A stretch of DNA of 64,000 nucleotides from Stylophora pistillata (taxonomy: Eukaryota): contig NW_019218157.1 of the NCBI RefSeq assembly GCF_002571385.2, positions 75,752-139,751 on the forward strand, given 5' to 3'. Under the pieces are notes generated by a model. That model saw nothing but the letters and a program-made list of their open reading frames with translations. It did not search any database and had not been told where the DNA came from. This document shows positions 38,040 through 50,436 of the stretch, piece by piece. Position 1 is the stretch's first letter. Every line of letters starts with the position of its first letter. The position numbers and the translations under genes were made by a program.

Positions 38040-39785
38040 ATATTATAGAAAAATTCACTGCCTGACTCGTGAATTCCACGTTAAATTTCGTGCGAAAAAC
38101 CAATATCGCACGAATCGCGAAGCGATGAGGCTGTGAATTTTTCTTGAATCGCATAACTGAATAAAAGTAAGAAAACAAGAAATTAAACGGAAATATTATT
38201 GTTTGTTTTTATCCCGTACGCGCGCCCTTAAGAAACCCATTTTAAAGTCAACTGTCAGAACCGTCATTGTTAAGGGAATGGAAAGCAAGGTAAGTCGCTC
38301 ACGTTTGAACCGGCGACAATTTTATTTGTACCTCGTGAATTTTTCTTGAATCACATTGCTAAAGCCACCAAATCACTGGACGAAACCAGATGTTTTGTAT
38401 TTTTGTGCGCAAACAATGGAAACCCTTTCAAAGTCAGGTGTCAATATCTAGTGAATAGAGGGAACAAGATATTTTTAGAATGAAAACCACTTTTATTTCA
38501 ACCAGTGAAGAAAGCAGTGCCTCACATTTTACAATCTTCAGCAGAAAAACTGAAAGTACAAAATACGGAGTTATTTAAGACAGATTTGCCTGCCACTACT
38601 CGACTTGGCAAAATGTGGCGCCGACAATCAACAACTGAGTGGTCAAATCCTCAAGCGAATTGAAAATTTCAAGCGTTCCGGTATCAAAGCAAGATCTCCA
38701 AAAAAACCGGTAAGTGCTTTACAATTATAAAAAGAAGTGTATTCAAATTATAATGATTAAGACTGGAATTTCTCGGTAAACTCTGACGAAAAACAGTTCA
38801 TAAAAGGTTAAGTCACAATTTTAACTGTTTTTCTTTCAATTCTTTCATTTCATTTCATTCTTTCATCGCTCGTTGTTGTCCATGCTGGACTGAAAGTTTG
38901 TGGAAATATTTACTGGAGAATTATTAAAAGTTACTCCAGTAAACATTCCGCCAACTGCTCCTGCCATCAGGTAACTTATATGACTGGCATTGCTGTCAAG
39001 GTCACTAGTAGCTGCTGTGTTGATTGGCGTGGCTGAGCTATTGAGAACAATCTCCCGTAAAGCATGACTTGAATAGCCGTTGGTCGGTTGTCGTGCTTGG
39101 GTTGAAATCGACCAACTTATTCGACATTCGCCGCTGTTATTCTAGAGGATTATGGCTGTAGCTGGATATGGATTCCGGATTGGAGTGGCCAGTGAGCTTT
39201 GATATCTCCAGTGGGTCGAAATCATCACGGAGCGCTTGGATGACTGTTTTGCGACCACTCGAATTTGGGAATTTGCCGTTTAGTGTTTTTTGAAACCACG
39301 TTGTCTCTAAAAGAGGCCAGTTCGTCGTCTGTTTTGGCTACAATGGTTTGGATTTCCGAAAAAGATGCTTGACCTTTTTCGACAATGATACCTGTTTTGG
39401 ATTTCTTTCGTAACGCTTGTTTGGTTTTCCTCGGCAAGAACTGTCGTTTGGCTTTCTTCCCTCGTCTCTGGCATTTTGATTTTTTTTCTATGCGTTTTCT
39501 CGTACTTTTGAGCGTGAAGGGTTTCCTCCAATTTTCTAAAAATTTGACTTTCAACTCAAAATTTGGAAGATATTCGTTTTCTATAGATTTGTTCATATTT
39601 GTTCATATTTTCGTTGCACTAGTTGTATTTACGTTTTTACGTTCGTAACAATAATTTTTGCTCGCGACTCACGTCAGCGATATCGCTGTATGCTGAGTGC
39701 GATTCCACGCTTAATACCTTCTCTTCCGGTTGACGTATTGACCAATCAGAGCGTGTGTTTACCTTAAGCTATGCGATTCTAATGA
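38040..39785 (-). mobile_element. Probable non-autonomous Crypton-like element
   Basis: Residual peptide VAKTDDELASFRDNVVSKNTKRQ resembles the N-terminus of Crypton/DUF3504 proteins; hairpin-rich end near 38050-38150. Boundaries are approximate. Confidence 0.4.
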
Positions 39786-40583
39786 AAATACTTCATTCTC
39801 CATAATTTTGGTGAATGTCATCAGTAACAAAGTATGAAACTTTTTTTTTTATCTTGTAACATCCCAAAGTGTATAGGTAGTTTAATTTACAGGCTAAACT
39901 GCATAAAAGTCTTTTTTCGGTTGTAAAATCCTAAACATTTAAACGGTTGTTCTTGCCAGCATCGTGTGTTTGGGGCCTTTGCGAAATTCAAATTGGGCTC
40001 TCGCTTTACTTGCTAGGAAATGTAGCTTTAGATCAGCTGATATCTAATTCGTGGAAGCCATGGCCAAAAACCCACTTTAAAGTTTCTGTCTAAATGAAAC
40101 TTTCTAGACTATCAATTGTCAGCAAACAGAACAAAGTTGTTCGCACCACCAGTTTGGCCTTGAATATTTGCTATTTTACCCTGTTAAAAGGTTTTTTTAG
40201 TTTCCTGCTTTTTTAAAATAGCGTGACTTGATTTGCTTGAATATGTTTTCAATTTATTCTCGTGCTATATTAGGAAAGACCTAATTCTAACCCATCGCTC
40301 TAGCCTTGACGTCATTCACATGGGCTTAACACCCACTAAAGTTGAAGAAATGTATTATTGCGTATTTGGTTTTATATCTAAAGCGATAAACAGGCTACAC
40401 GGCCTGGTGGCTAACCGCAGTAGAAATAATAGTCGATAGAAAACATCTAAGACTCTAATCTTGCGCCATTTTAACTATCTCAGATCTCGATAGCGGGTAA
40501 TTCCGAACGAATTCTGAGACGCGCGGAAAAGGGTTGCTAACTTGTGCAGAAATGTGAGACAAAACCCGCCAATGGCCACTTAA

Positions 40584-40786
40584 TTAACCCTTTAACCTCC
40601 AAGATCTGTTTTGTTAACTCTCCCCTCTAGCTAGCACACATTTCCTTTAACGACAGTTGCGAGAATTTGGTGTTAGATCAAGGCAACAACTTCCGCTAAT
40701 AGGTTTGAGTGACCATTTTCTTGACAATGTACGGATACTGAAGATGAAAGTTACTTGTTAATCACTTCAGGGAATTAACGGGTTAA
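40584..40786. mobile_element. TTAA-flanked CCCTTT...GGG MITE (piggyBac-like ends); related copies at about 31390-31585, 41040-41442, 53475-53680 and 54800-55005
   Basis: TTAACCCTTTAACCTCCAAGATCT...GAATTAACGGGTTAA; the copies share an internal GAGAATTT motif. Confidence 0.65.
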
Positions 40787-41284
40787 AGGAAAATGAAATG
40801 AAACGGCTTAGGATTACTAATGATTTATTCAAATATTAAGCCGATAAATCTCACATTCTAATGGATTTGCGAATACAGACTTAATTAAAAAAAAAAAAGA
40901 TTTGAAAGGCTTGTTTTAAGGAAATAATAAAGATAACTTAAGAACAGAAATATTACTAGGATTCTTGACAGATTTAACAATTCCCTGTTACGTTGAAAAA
41001 ATTCACTTGCACACCGAGTGTGCTTGAATAAAAGAGCGGTAACCCTTTAACTCCCCAGATCTACTCGTTAATTCTCCTCGCAGACTGCCACACACTTTCC
41101 TGTAATTCAGCTATGAGAATTTGGTATTAGATCAAGATAGCAACTTCTACTTGATGAGTTTGAGTATTCTCATCACCTGTTTGCTTAATAATTGTTTTAT
41201 TAAAAACCCTCCAAAGATATCAGACAAATCTTACCAAATCTTATTTTTTAGCTCCCTTTTAATTTTAAGCTGACGCGCACGCTT

Positions 41285-41333
<49 letters not shown>

Positions 41334-41335
41334 AA

Positions 41336-41383
<48 letters not shown>

Positions 41384-42365
41384 TGTACGGATATCATAGG
41401 AAGAGGTTACATGTTCATCACTTCTGGAAGTCAAAGGGTTCAAGCTGTCTTTCAACCATCGCTTAATGGTGAAAATCTTCAGTACTTTTTTTCATTTTAG
41501 CAGTTACCCGCCTTGTATTTTTTTTCAGTCAATGATGGCGTAATAAAAACTTGAATTGTAAATTCTGAGTAAAGGAGACATAAGGCGCATACTATATCAA
41601 CGGCTACGAAAACAACATAGGTGATAATTACTAAACGAAATAAACCCTAAGGGTACATTAGAATTAATAGATTCACCTGACCCTAAAATGTTAATTAAGT
41701 TAAACCAGGTGAAGAAAAATATACATTTCGAACTAAGCCTTGGCTTGAGAGTATTCTAAAGACCGAATAATATTATATTCCAATTTGTGTCTATATGGTG
41801 AAAGCTTCGTTGTATATTATAAACTTGAAGCAAAGCCACCTCATAAAATACATATAATATCTTCGACGTTTCAGTCGATAGTAAGTCGAAAACTGACGGA
41901 GAATCACGTAAACTACCGATGACTGACCGAGGATGACTGATTTGGCACAACAACCTCGCCAACTGTTGTCAATCGCCATCACCAACTACCCGAAGATCTC
42001 TCCGGAGATTCGAACACGTCAGGAAAACTCTCCGAATATTGCATTGTTACGTTACGGACTTACAGAGCTTTGGGGATACTGTCTACGGTTGTTACGAAAC
42101 CAGTAGACTCAAAAAACTAACCGAAGGCTACTCTAATAGTAACTTTCCAAAATTAGTCAAGTTGTTGACTGTATCTACATTCAAGAGGAAAATGTTACAT
42201 AAGAAATATTCACCGTCAATCGTTTAAGGTTAGTTGTTCCAATAAATTCAAATCACGAATTATGCAATTTCACTTTCTATTGATGTAGTGATTAGCAGAT
42301 CTGTAGAGAACAATTGGACTTTATCGTTCCGTAGTCAGTTAAAATTAAATGTCACAGCATTAAAG

Positions 42366-44657
42366 TCAATGATTCACGTTGTTATTTTCATGAAGCAGTG
42401 TTACTTTCATTTGCGGATCCGTGGAGAACACTTGAATTCGATCATTTCCCCAATCACTGACAACGATTTGGTCATCATTCAGGAGAGCGACACCCATTGG
42501 GCGATCGAACTGTCCTGGTGACTTGCCCTTAGACCCGAACGAATTCAGGCATATGCCATCGAATCGGAAGAACTGAACGCGATGATTGTCAAAATCGCAA
42601 ACCACTATTCGGTCTAGTCTGTCCACGGTGATTCCACGAGGACTGTACAGCTCGCCTTTTTTGACTCCTGGCTTTCCAATACTATACAAGAATTTTCCTT
42701 TCGGTCCGAAAACTTTGATAACGTTATTTCCGGTATCCGATACGACAAATCGCTTTCGCACATTGCAAAACGTCACGGCTCTTGGATGCTTTAATTTATT
42801 CTTGACCATATCTCCAAATTTAAACTGGAAAAGGCCATCAGGGGAGAAAACTTGGATTCGATGATTGTTCCAATCAGCGACGATGATACGACCTTCACCG
42901 TCCACGCAGATACCCGATGGCCCATCAAACTGTCCTTCGCCACTTCCCTTTCGACCAGTTTTTCTGATCAATTTTCCTGTTTTGGTGCTGTACACGAGCA
43001 AGCGATGATTGTCCCTGTCAGCTACGATGATGTTTTTCTCCGTGATGTCGAACGCGACTCCTACAGGGTAGCTGAGCTCGTCTCCTCCGAGGTCCACTTT
43101 GCTCACACCGTCTGGACTCAGCAGATGGACACAGTGTTTTTGAGTGTCGGAGATAGCAATGTCTCCAGTGCTACTTATGGCTAATCCATGTGGCTGGGTA
43201 TAAAGGCCATTTGCACCAGGGACGGATCCAAACGACTTGCAAGGCTGCATGACTGGAGGCTTAATATTAACCTCAAATGGACTCTCTTGTATATGCTGGT
43301 CTCCCACTTTAACAGACAAGGAGTAAAGGCCCTCTATCTTAGGAACATACGTGACTTCGTATAATCCGCTCTCCGTGTCTTTTACTTTAGCTTCAATGAC
43401 GTCTCCGTTGTTAGACGTGGCGTGAACTGTGACATGGTCTGCCAGACTGTAGCATTCATCGCCGTTTAAATCGCGAGTCGTTACCACAAAACACGATTCT
43501 TCTCCGACGAAAGCGGTCCTCAGCCCTTCGCCATCTGCAAAACAGGAAAGTGGATCAGCTTTGCCGGTGACAATGTTTCCGAAGGACGCAGACTCCTGAA
43601 TGCTAACTAGCGACGGGTTGGGAATGTACGCCAAGGCTGCCCCTTCCACTGGTCGCGTGTCGACAATTAAATCACTCAATGTCTCCAGTCGGGAAATCAC
43701 GCGATCTCTCAGCATCATAACCTCCGCTGCGAATTCTCGACCCAGAAGAGAATCAACAAACTCAAGAGAGCTTGTCGTTTGACTGCTAAGCCTCTCGAAA
43801 TTTCGCTTCTGCATCAGAAGTTTTTCTTTCTTTTTCATACGGATATCCTCTAACAGCTGAATCATTTCTTCACCGTGACTGTTGAGAACTTTCACCAGAT
43901 TAGCAACTTTTGCATTCACCTCATTCTTCAGCTCGGCCACGCACCTATCGATTTCGTCCATGCGTTTTTCCGTGTTGTGAATTCCCGTTTGAATCTCGCG
44001 GCATTTACCACGAACGATGGCGGCCTTCTCGCTGATTTCCACACTGCTTCTGTCGGCTATCTCTTGAATATCGCGTGTGGAATGGTATTCCTCGTCGATA
44101 ATGTTACAGAGACCGCACATGTAGCTGTTACATTCCGGGCAATAAAACTCTATACCCTCCAGATCCTTTCTTTCGTGTTCACAATAAATCGGTCGCTTGT
44201 AGAATCTTTCGAAGTCGGCGCTGCGGAACTCGCGTAGCTTTCGCTCCCGATGCTTTTTCTTCATCGTCATCTGGGTGTGCGCGTTCGTACATGCGAGGCA
44301 AAGATACGCATCACAGTCGAAACAGAACGTTTCCAGCGCGGTTGTTTCATAACAGTTGTGACACTCACCGGGCTGATCTTTCAACTTCTTAAGCGTATTC
44401 AGGTCTAGGAGCCTATTGAGATGAAAATCCGATGGCGACTCGGATATTTCAAACTCTTGGCTTTCAGCCGGTACAGTCTCTTCGGTCTCGCAGACTGGAC
44501 ATCGGAAAGAACGTTTGGATGAATGCTGGCTCCACAATTGCTCCAAGCATTTGCGGCAAAAGCTGTGCAAACAAGGTGACAATCGAGGGTCGTTGAACGA
44601 GTCGGAACACTGAGGACAGGTAATTGAAGACTTCAAGTTTTTGAGAATGCTTTCCAT
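42366..44657 (-). CDS. TRIM-NHL E3 ligase (RING, two B-boxes, coiled coil, filamin, NHL beta-propeller; TRIM2/3/71-like), intronless CDS
   Basis: C3HC4 RING CPQC..PCLHSFCRKC..CPVC; B-box CHNC..FCFDCDAYLCLACTNAH; filamin ADGEGLRTAFVGEESCFVVTTRD..GLYEVTYVP..IQESPF; NHL repeats (GQFDGPSGICVDGEGRIIVADWNNHRIQVF). First ATG at 44657. Confidence 0.95.
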   Translation of the reverse strand: MESILKNLKSSITCPQCSDSFNDPRLSPCLHSFCRKCLEQLWSQHSSKRSFRCPVCETEETVPAESQEFEISESPSDFHLNRLLDLNTLKKLKDQPGECHNCYETTALETFCFDCDAYLCLACTNAHTQMTMKKKHRERKLREFRSADFERFYKRPIYCEHERKDLEGIEFYCPECNSYMCGLCNIIDEEYHSTRDIQEIADRSSVEISEKAAIVRGKCREIQTGIHNTEKRMDEIDRCVAELKNEVNAKVANLVKVLNSHGEEMIQLLEDIRMKKKEKLLMQKRNFERLSSQTTSSLEFVDSLLGREFAAEVMMLRDRVISRLETLSDLIVDTRPVEGAALAYIPNPSLVSIQESASFGNIVTGKADPLSCFADGEGLRTAFVGEESCFVVTTRDLNGDECYSLADHVTVHATSNNGDVIEAKVKDTESGLYEVTYVPKIEGLYSLSVKVGDQHIQESPFEVNIKPPVMQPCKSFGSVPGANGLYTQPHGLAISSTGDIAISDTQKHCVHLLSPDGVSKVDLGGDELSYPVGVAFDITEKNIIVADRDNHRLLVYSTKTGKLIRKTGRKGSGEGQFDGPSGICVDGEGRIIVADWNNHRIQVFSPDGLFQFKFGDMVKNKLKHPRAVTFCNVRKRFVVSDTGNNVIKVFGPKGKFLYSIGKPGVKKGELYSPRGITVDRLDRIVVCDFDNHRVQFFRFDGICLNSFGSKGKSPGQFDRPMGVALLNDDQIVVSDWGNDRIQVFSTDPQMKVTLLHENNNVNH

Positions 44658-46207
44658 TGTATTGTTGTGCACAGGACCATTTAAGTTTGTCACAACTATC
44701 AATCAGTTGTTTAGGAATAAACAGAGCTGCTTGACAGTCCTACAAAGCCACCAGAAACATCCGTTCAGATCAAACGGCGCGAATGGTTAATGCGTGTTAA
44801 AGCAACAACGTGGTGATCATGGGAAGCTTAAGAATTACCACTGAATATTCGCCGAGGTCTCGATATCTCAATATTACGATAAGCTATATAGATCCGTTAT
44901 GGATCACGAAGTACCTACCAACTTCCTCCCTTTTTCGTGAAACGGAGGATGTGCAGCCCAACCGGACATCAATGCACAAATCAACAGAAAATAACAGAAA
45001 TAGTCAGCATAGCAGGCGGTTAAAAATTATCTGATGGCTTATGTGTGGTATGAGAGCGCCTTAAGTGGGATCACGGATGAGTAATCACGCGCTTTGCTCG
45101 AGCCAATTTGTAAAATCGTTTGCATATGTAAATTTTCGAAAGTTCGGCAGCACGTAAAGTAACGTGTGACGCAATAAAAAAAGCATTTGAACAACTTGCT
45201 GATTTAATCTCTCCCGCTACCGATTCGTTAATTTTTATTTGACAGGTCTCGGTTAGACATCTTGACGATTTGAATACCTTCTGTTCACAGCTTTCCATTC
45301 TAAATTTATCTACTATACCCTCTTTGCTCTTGGAATTAAGAGCATTAGGTATGCAGTCATTTTCATGCCCACATTGCCCTACTATCATCCGGATATCGGA
45401 CTGTTTTGTTTCGTGGAAATGAAAAAATTAGCCGAATCGTTTCGTAGGACGAGGGTTACGGAATACAAGCATCACAGGAAGAAGTACTCAAATCAATTAT
45501 TACAGGAATGGATGGAGGAACTGACATTCCTTTTTCTCTTATTTCTGAAGAAAGGCTGCAATCACTGAATTGTTTGTGTATCATTTCAACACCTCGAACT
45601 TTAGTAATATAGTCTTAATGTAAGCAATCATTACTACGTAAAACTGGGGAGGTAAAGTTAAAAATATATTGCCACTTACGTTGAACAGTCATGAACTATA
45701 TTCGCTTAATGTCGCGTTGAAGGATACACTTTCTCAACTTTATTCTACTTCTTTGTTATCACAGTGATTTTATTTATCCTGTTATTTTCCCGCGAAAAAA
45801 AGAGATGTTTATCGATTTATTCGCGTGACAGCTCTCATTTCGTGAGAAGAGGGTTTGCAAAGGAGACATGAAATCCAATATCTAAACAAATCCTTTACGT
45901 GATATCGGCTGATAAGGGCTCTAAAACTCAGACAAAAATACTTTTGTTTTTCTATGAAATATTGCGATGGAGTAGTGTTAATGGTTGTTGTGCCGTCACT
46001 GAAATTTTGTCTGTTTTTCAATTGTTATTATACTAAAACAGCTGTCCATATGCGAATCTTTTAACGTTTGTTTATGAATTTTCTCAACAAGAATTGAAAA
46101 TCTACAAGCTTTTTGCATATCTGAGTATGTTTGAAACGCATAAGTTATATAAAGAGCAGTAGCAGAAATGCGTGATTGTAAGTCCGACAAGTAATCTGAA
46201 ACAAACG

Positions 46208-46550
46208 TGCATAAATAGCGCTATCTACTGTGAAGGATCGTGCATCATACGTATTTAAAACCGCACTTCAAAGTATATGAACTTCATATATAATCGTTGT
46301 ATCTGATTTATCATCACGGGTTTATTACGAATAAACTTAACGGCCTGCTCCCAGTTGGCTTGTTAGCTCAATTGGTAGAGTGCTGCACTGCACTAGTATC
46401 GCAGACGTCAGTGGTTCGAATCCCGTACAGGCCTGATTTTTTTCAGGTCTGATTTTCGCTATTGCATAAATGGCGCTATCTACTGCGAAGGATCGTGCAT
46501 CATACGTATTTAATACCGCAGTTCAAAATATATGAACTTCATATATATTC
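46208..46550 (+). repeat. tRNA-related repeat unit bracketed by about 85-bp direct repeats; another degenerate copy at about 47955-48115 (-)
   Basis: A box TAGCTCAATTGGTAGAG and B box GGTTCGAATCCC, followed by CAGGCCTGA-T8-CAGGTCTG. Segment 46208-46292 repeats at 46463-46548. Confidence 0.75.
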
Positions 46551-46879
46551 ATTGTATAGATATTCTTATTTCATAAAGGAGCCGGCCATATCATATCTAG
46601 GGAGTATTTCCGAACCCGTGCAAGACAACTTTTCCGTTCATGATTGCCCCATATGGAGTCTTTCACGCCTAAAGTTTTTAGAGCTAGATGGGTAGATATC
46701 AGCTTAGTTCTTATTTCCTTATCACTCTCTTTATTTTTATCTTACTACTTATATACTTTTTTCGATATGTTTTGGACGTTTTTATGGACCGAACGTGCGT
46801 TCTTATTAACCGGCTAAACTTCAATTCTGGAGCAGTTAAATATAATTTTCTTTTCACCTAAAACTATTTTTAAATGTTT

Positions 46880-47520
46880 CCGTATCATTTGGTGGATGCG
46901 AGAAATTTTAGAGAAACATACTTATAATTTTAAGTTATCGCTTTCAATTCTGATCTGCTTTCATCGCGCTCAGGAAATAAGTGCTTGTGGATCAGCTGAA
47001 TGTCTTTTATAAGGCACCAATTTTTTTCAAACAAAAATATCGGCAACAAATATGGAAAATTGAAGTATACGTAGAAATACTTGGTTGATATTGCGCAGGA
47101 ATTAACAAACTTTGTTTTTCTTAGATCAGTCCGTAAATTGGTCTTGATTGACGCCTGTGGCGTCAATGGAATTTCAATTGTTTGTACTTGTCATTACACT
47201 CATTTGCCGTAAATGAGCTGTACATGAGTAAAGTCTATTTAAAGTAACTCCCGTCAAATCAAGGAGGGCCGCCATGCTCACTAAATTACGACAAAAAAAG
47301 AGAACTTTGCCCTCACTGCAGAACCGGTTCCGGCCATGAAGGACGTCGCCATAATGTTTACTTGCCCGCGCCACTCGCGCGCAGTAAATAAGCGCCTGCG
47401 GTGAAATTAGCGTCATTCTGCTCATTGGCATCACATATATGTTAAAAAATGTTGGTATTAGATAACTTCCATGGAAGACAGCCCCGGATCCTCCGATCAC
47501 CATACGACACTATCTCCGCC
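46880..47520 (-). pseudogene. Possible heavily decayed GPCR pseudogene
   Basis: FC..FFCRNLVSMAALLDLTGVTLNRLYS resembles a TM3/DRY region and YFYVYFNFPYLLPIFLF resembles TM5, in the expected order but in broken frames. Confidence 0.3.
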
Positions 47521-50436
47521 TGTGGCAGAATGGATGCGCCTATACGAGGGTTCACAGTCTTGGGTGTAAAGAGGCTTGGGCGTGAGTGACGTTGTCATTT
47601 CACTATTTTCACTGGAGTCCCCTGGATTCTGCTTCTAAAACCAACAATCAAACTCGTCTAGATCCCCAAAGAGGGGATTCACTTTATCCTCTCTTGGATC
47701 CTTGGATTAGTTTAGGGATTTTTCTCACTAATTCATCAGGTTTAGAATCTCAGAAGAAAGTGCTGCTCCTTTTTTAATTTTTATGTATTCAGGTATATTT
47801 GGCCCTAGAGGGAATAGGGGCGGGCCTTTTGACACTCAAAGTGGTAAGGTAAGCTAGATTTAGCCATTCATTTAAGTCTGAAGTTGAGCCGGTAATGGAT
47901 ACTACTCCAAAGAAACGACATCCAGGGCTGATTATGTCATGAATGACTGAAAATATAAAATCATATATCTGAACTGCGGATTAAGAGATGAATTCGCAGT
48001 TATGAACACTGCTTAAGCGGTAGTGAAAATTCCGGACTGTGCGGGATTTGAACCCATGACCCTTGCGATGCTGGTGCGAGTGCTCTTCCAACTGAGCTAA
48101 CAAGCCAACCGGGATTATAGCTTCTACCTGATTATGTCTTCTCGCTTGAAATTAAATTTTTTTTTCTATTTAGTAACCACCATATATACACTTTTACGAT
48201 AGGATAAGTAAATTCATCCAAGTTTGAATAACGTTACCCAGACCCCTCTCTTAATTTCTAAGCTAACGAGCAAGGCCCTCATTATTAGCGCCTCGGGACG
48301 AGAGTTCCCCTACCCGCGGGAAAGTATAAGACCTTCAACAACGCGAACCGGCGAGATGTCTACGAGCTGAGGGGGTCTAGAACTGTTCATTTATTAGTGC
48401 CGACCTCTCCCTGACTCGTGTCAAATCTTTCAGCAGGCGGGAAAACGCGCTATCAACGAGGGATGTCAGTTTCTGGGAAGATTCCTCCTTAGAGATAATT
48501 TGCGGCTTTTCCAAAGTCTGGTCAGGAGCCAAGCTACGCGTATACAATGCAGGGAACGTCATTTTTCGCAATATTCCGTTTTCTTCGGACTGGAAGGTCT
48601 TCAAATGAAGGGAATCATTTCGCTTTATGTGCTCTCGTGTGAACAGACTTGTTGCTTCAATTTTCATGCACCAAACTTCCTCTCCTCTGGGCCAGTGTAG
48701 TGATTATTTTTGTACACTATTAATTGCGATGATATGCATGCTTCCGATATTCCGTTACAATTCATCTAAATCAAATGAAAATGCTTTGTCAGACAGTCTT
48801 TTTGGACCCTTTTTAGGTATCCGTACTGTGCGCAAAAGGGTCGTAAACTGCTTCTCCCTTGCCGAGAGGAGAAGGCAGTACAAGAACGCTGTTATTCTTG
48901 CTTGATGTTAAACTTGTACGAGACCTAGCATTGATTTGACAAATTGCCCTCTGGCTACCGATCGTTCACTATTCTGCTGCTCGCTTTAAGATAAAAACCA
49001 AAAACAAAAGTTAAACCGGCTTGAAAATTCCTCATAGATTCTTAGTACAGTAAGTACTTGGATCTACAGTAAATATTGGGTCCACGAATCACGCCATTGC
49101 GTGACCCTTCGCTCTCAACTGACTACTAGCCAATAAGAATAAACCTTGAAGAACAACTCCACCAGTACATAGAGACGATTAATGCAATCTGTCAAACGTA
49201 ACTTTTACCTGCGCGTTTCTTTGGGAAAATGTCACGTGTAAATTTAGAACGGGATAGAGAAAATCGAATCGATAAATCCTTCTGTCGGCTTGATAAACTT
49301 GAGACATGTTTTTCACAGCGATGCGGGTATTTATGGAGATAACAATAATGTATTTAAAAAACACAAACTATTATATTTGCATACCTTCCCTGTTGTTATA
49401 GTTTTATGGATATTTGAATTTTAGCATAAGCACAACTCACGCTGTGTAAAGTTGACTTCTTTGAATGTATCTTGTCAGTTATTAGAGAGTACATTATGAC
49501 ATTCTGTCACTTACTAGATAGGGAATCAGTCTTGTTATTCAACTCACGAAGGCCGCCTGAACATGTGGCCGGCGCTTCATCTGATCCAGTACTTAAAGCT
49601 GGAGTAGACTCAACGTGCCACCAATAGATCAAAAACTGAAATCGTAAGCTTTCTTTCTTTTAGCCGAAGGATTCTCTTCAAGACTAAAGCAGTTGATGTC
49701 TTAAAACTGTAACCTGAAAGAACATACAAAGCTCCATGTGTTTTTGAATGGAAAGGATTTAGTGACTCCTTATCGGGTGAAATAGCATGCTAATCAATAT
49801 TCAGACGTTGTGCCTTATCACTGATGTGGAAATTGTTTTGTCAGGGAAAACAATAAGATTTCTACAGTTATGACAGTTCTTGGCGTGGGAGTATGCAAAG
49901 TTTCTGAGAGGTTTCTGTATGGCGCGAACTCTACACTTTAATGTTGGACCTTTATTCTTTTGCTGAGGCTTTATTGCTTCGTATGCAAGTAGAAAGGGAA
50001 AGAAAAGGAACAGCTTCTCAGTTAGAAACCAAAAGGAAAACCTTAGGCTTTTTCTTGTTTATGCCAACAACAGGTCAAGACAAAAGCAAATATACGATGA
50101 AAAGGTGTCTCAGTTGAATAAACAGGAAAAGATATATTTGCTTTCACTGATGTGTCAAAAGATCTCTTCTAAAACGAAAGCCTCACTGTTCTCAGTGAGC
50201 AAATAGTGTACATGTTAAGAACATTTTAAATATTCGAAGGAGGTTTAGCAGGCGTTGATTGTTTAAGACCCGATAATCATTTCACAAACGTCTCCGACTG
50301 GCTCAGCGGTAAATATTTGTCACAACCAGCGGTATCTGTCTGTTGAATCTTAATTAGAAAATCCGTTTGCGTGGCGTGAACACAGTTCGCTCGAGTAGGT
50401 AGACTTCCACGCGGAGTTCTCAAAGAAAGACACAAA

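Noticed and set aside
39225-39596. 123-aa Lys/Arg-rich ORF as a host gene
   Set aside because: Low-complexity A-rich sequence inside a probable non-autonomous element, with no splice context.
42586-44237. Antisense ORFs over the TRIM genes (likewise over the GPCRs and 50546-52697)
   Set aside because: Shadow ORFs of real coding sequence with no motifs of their own.
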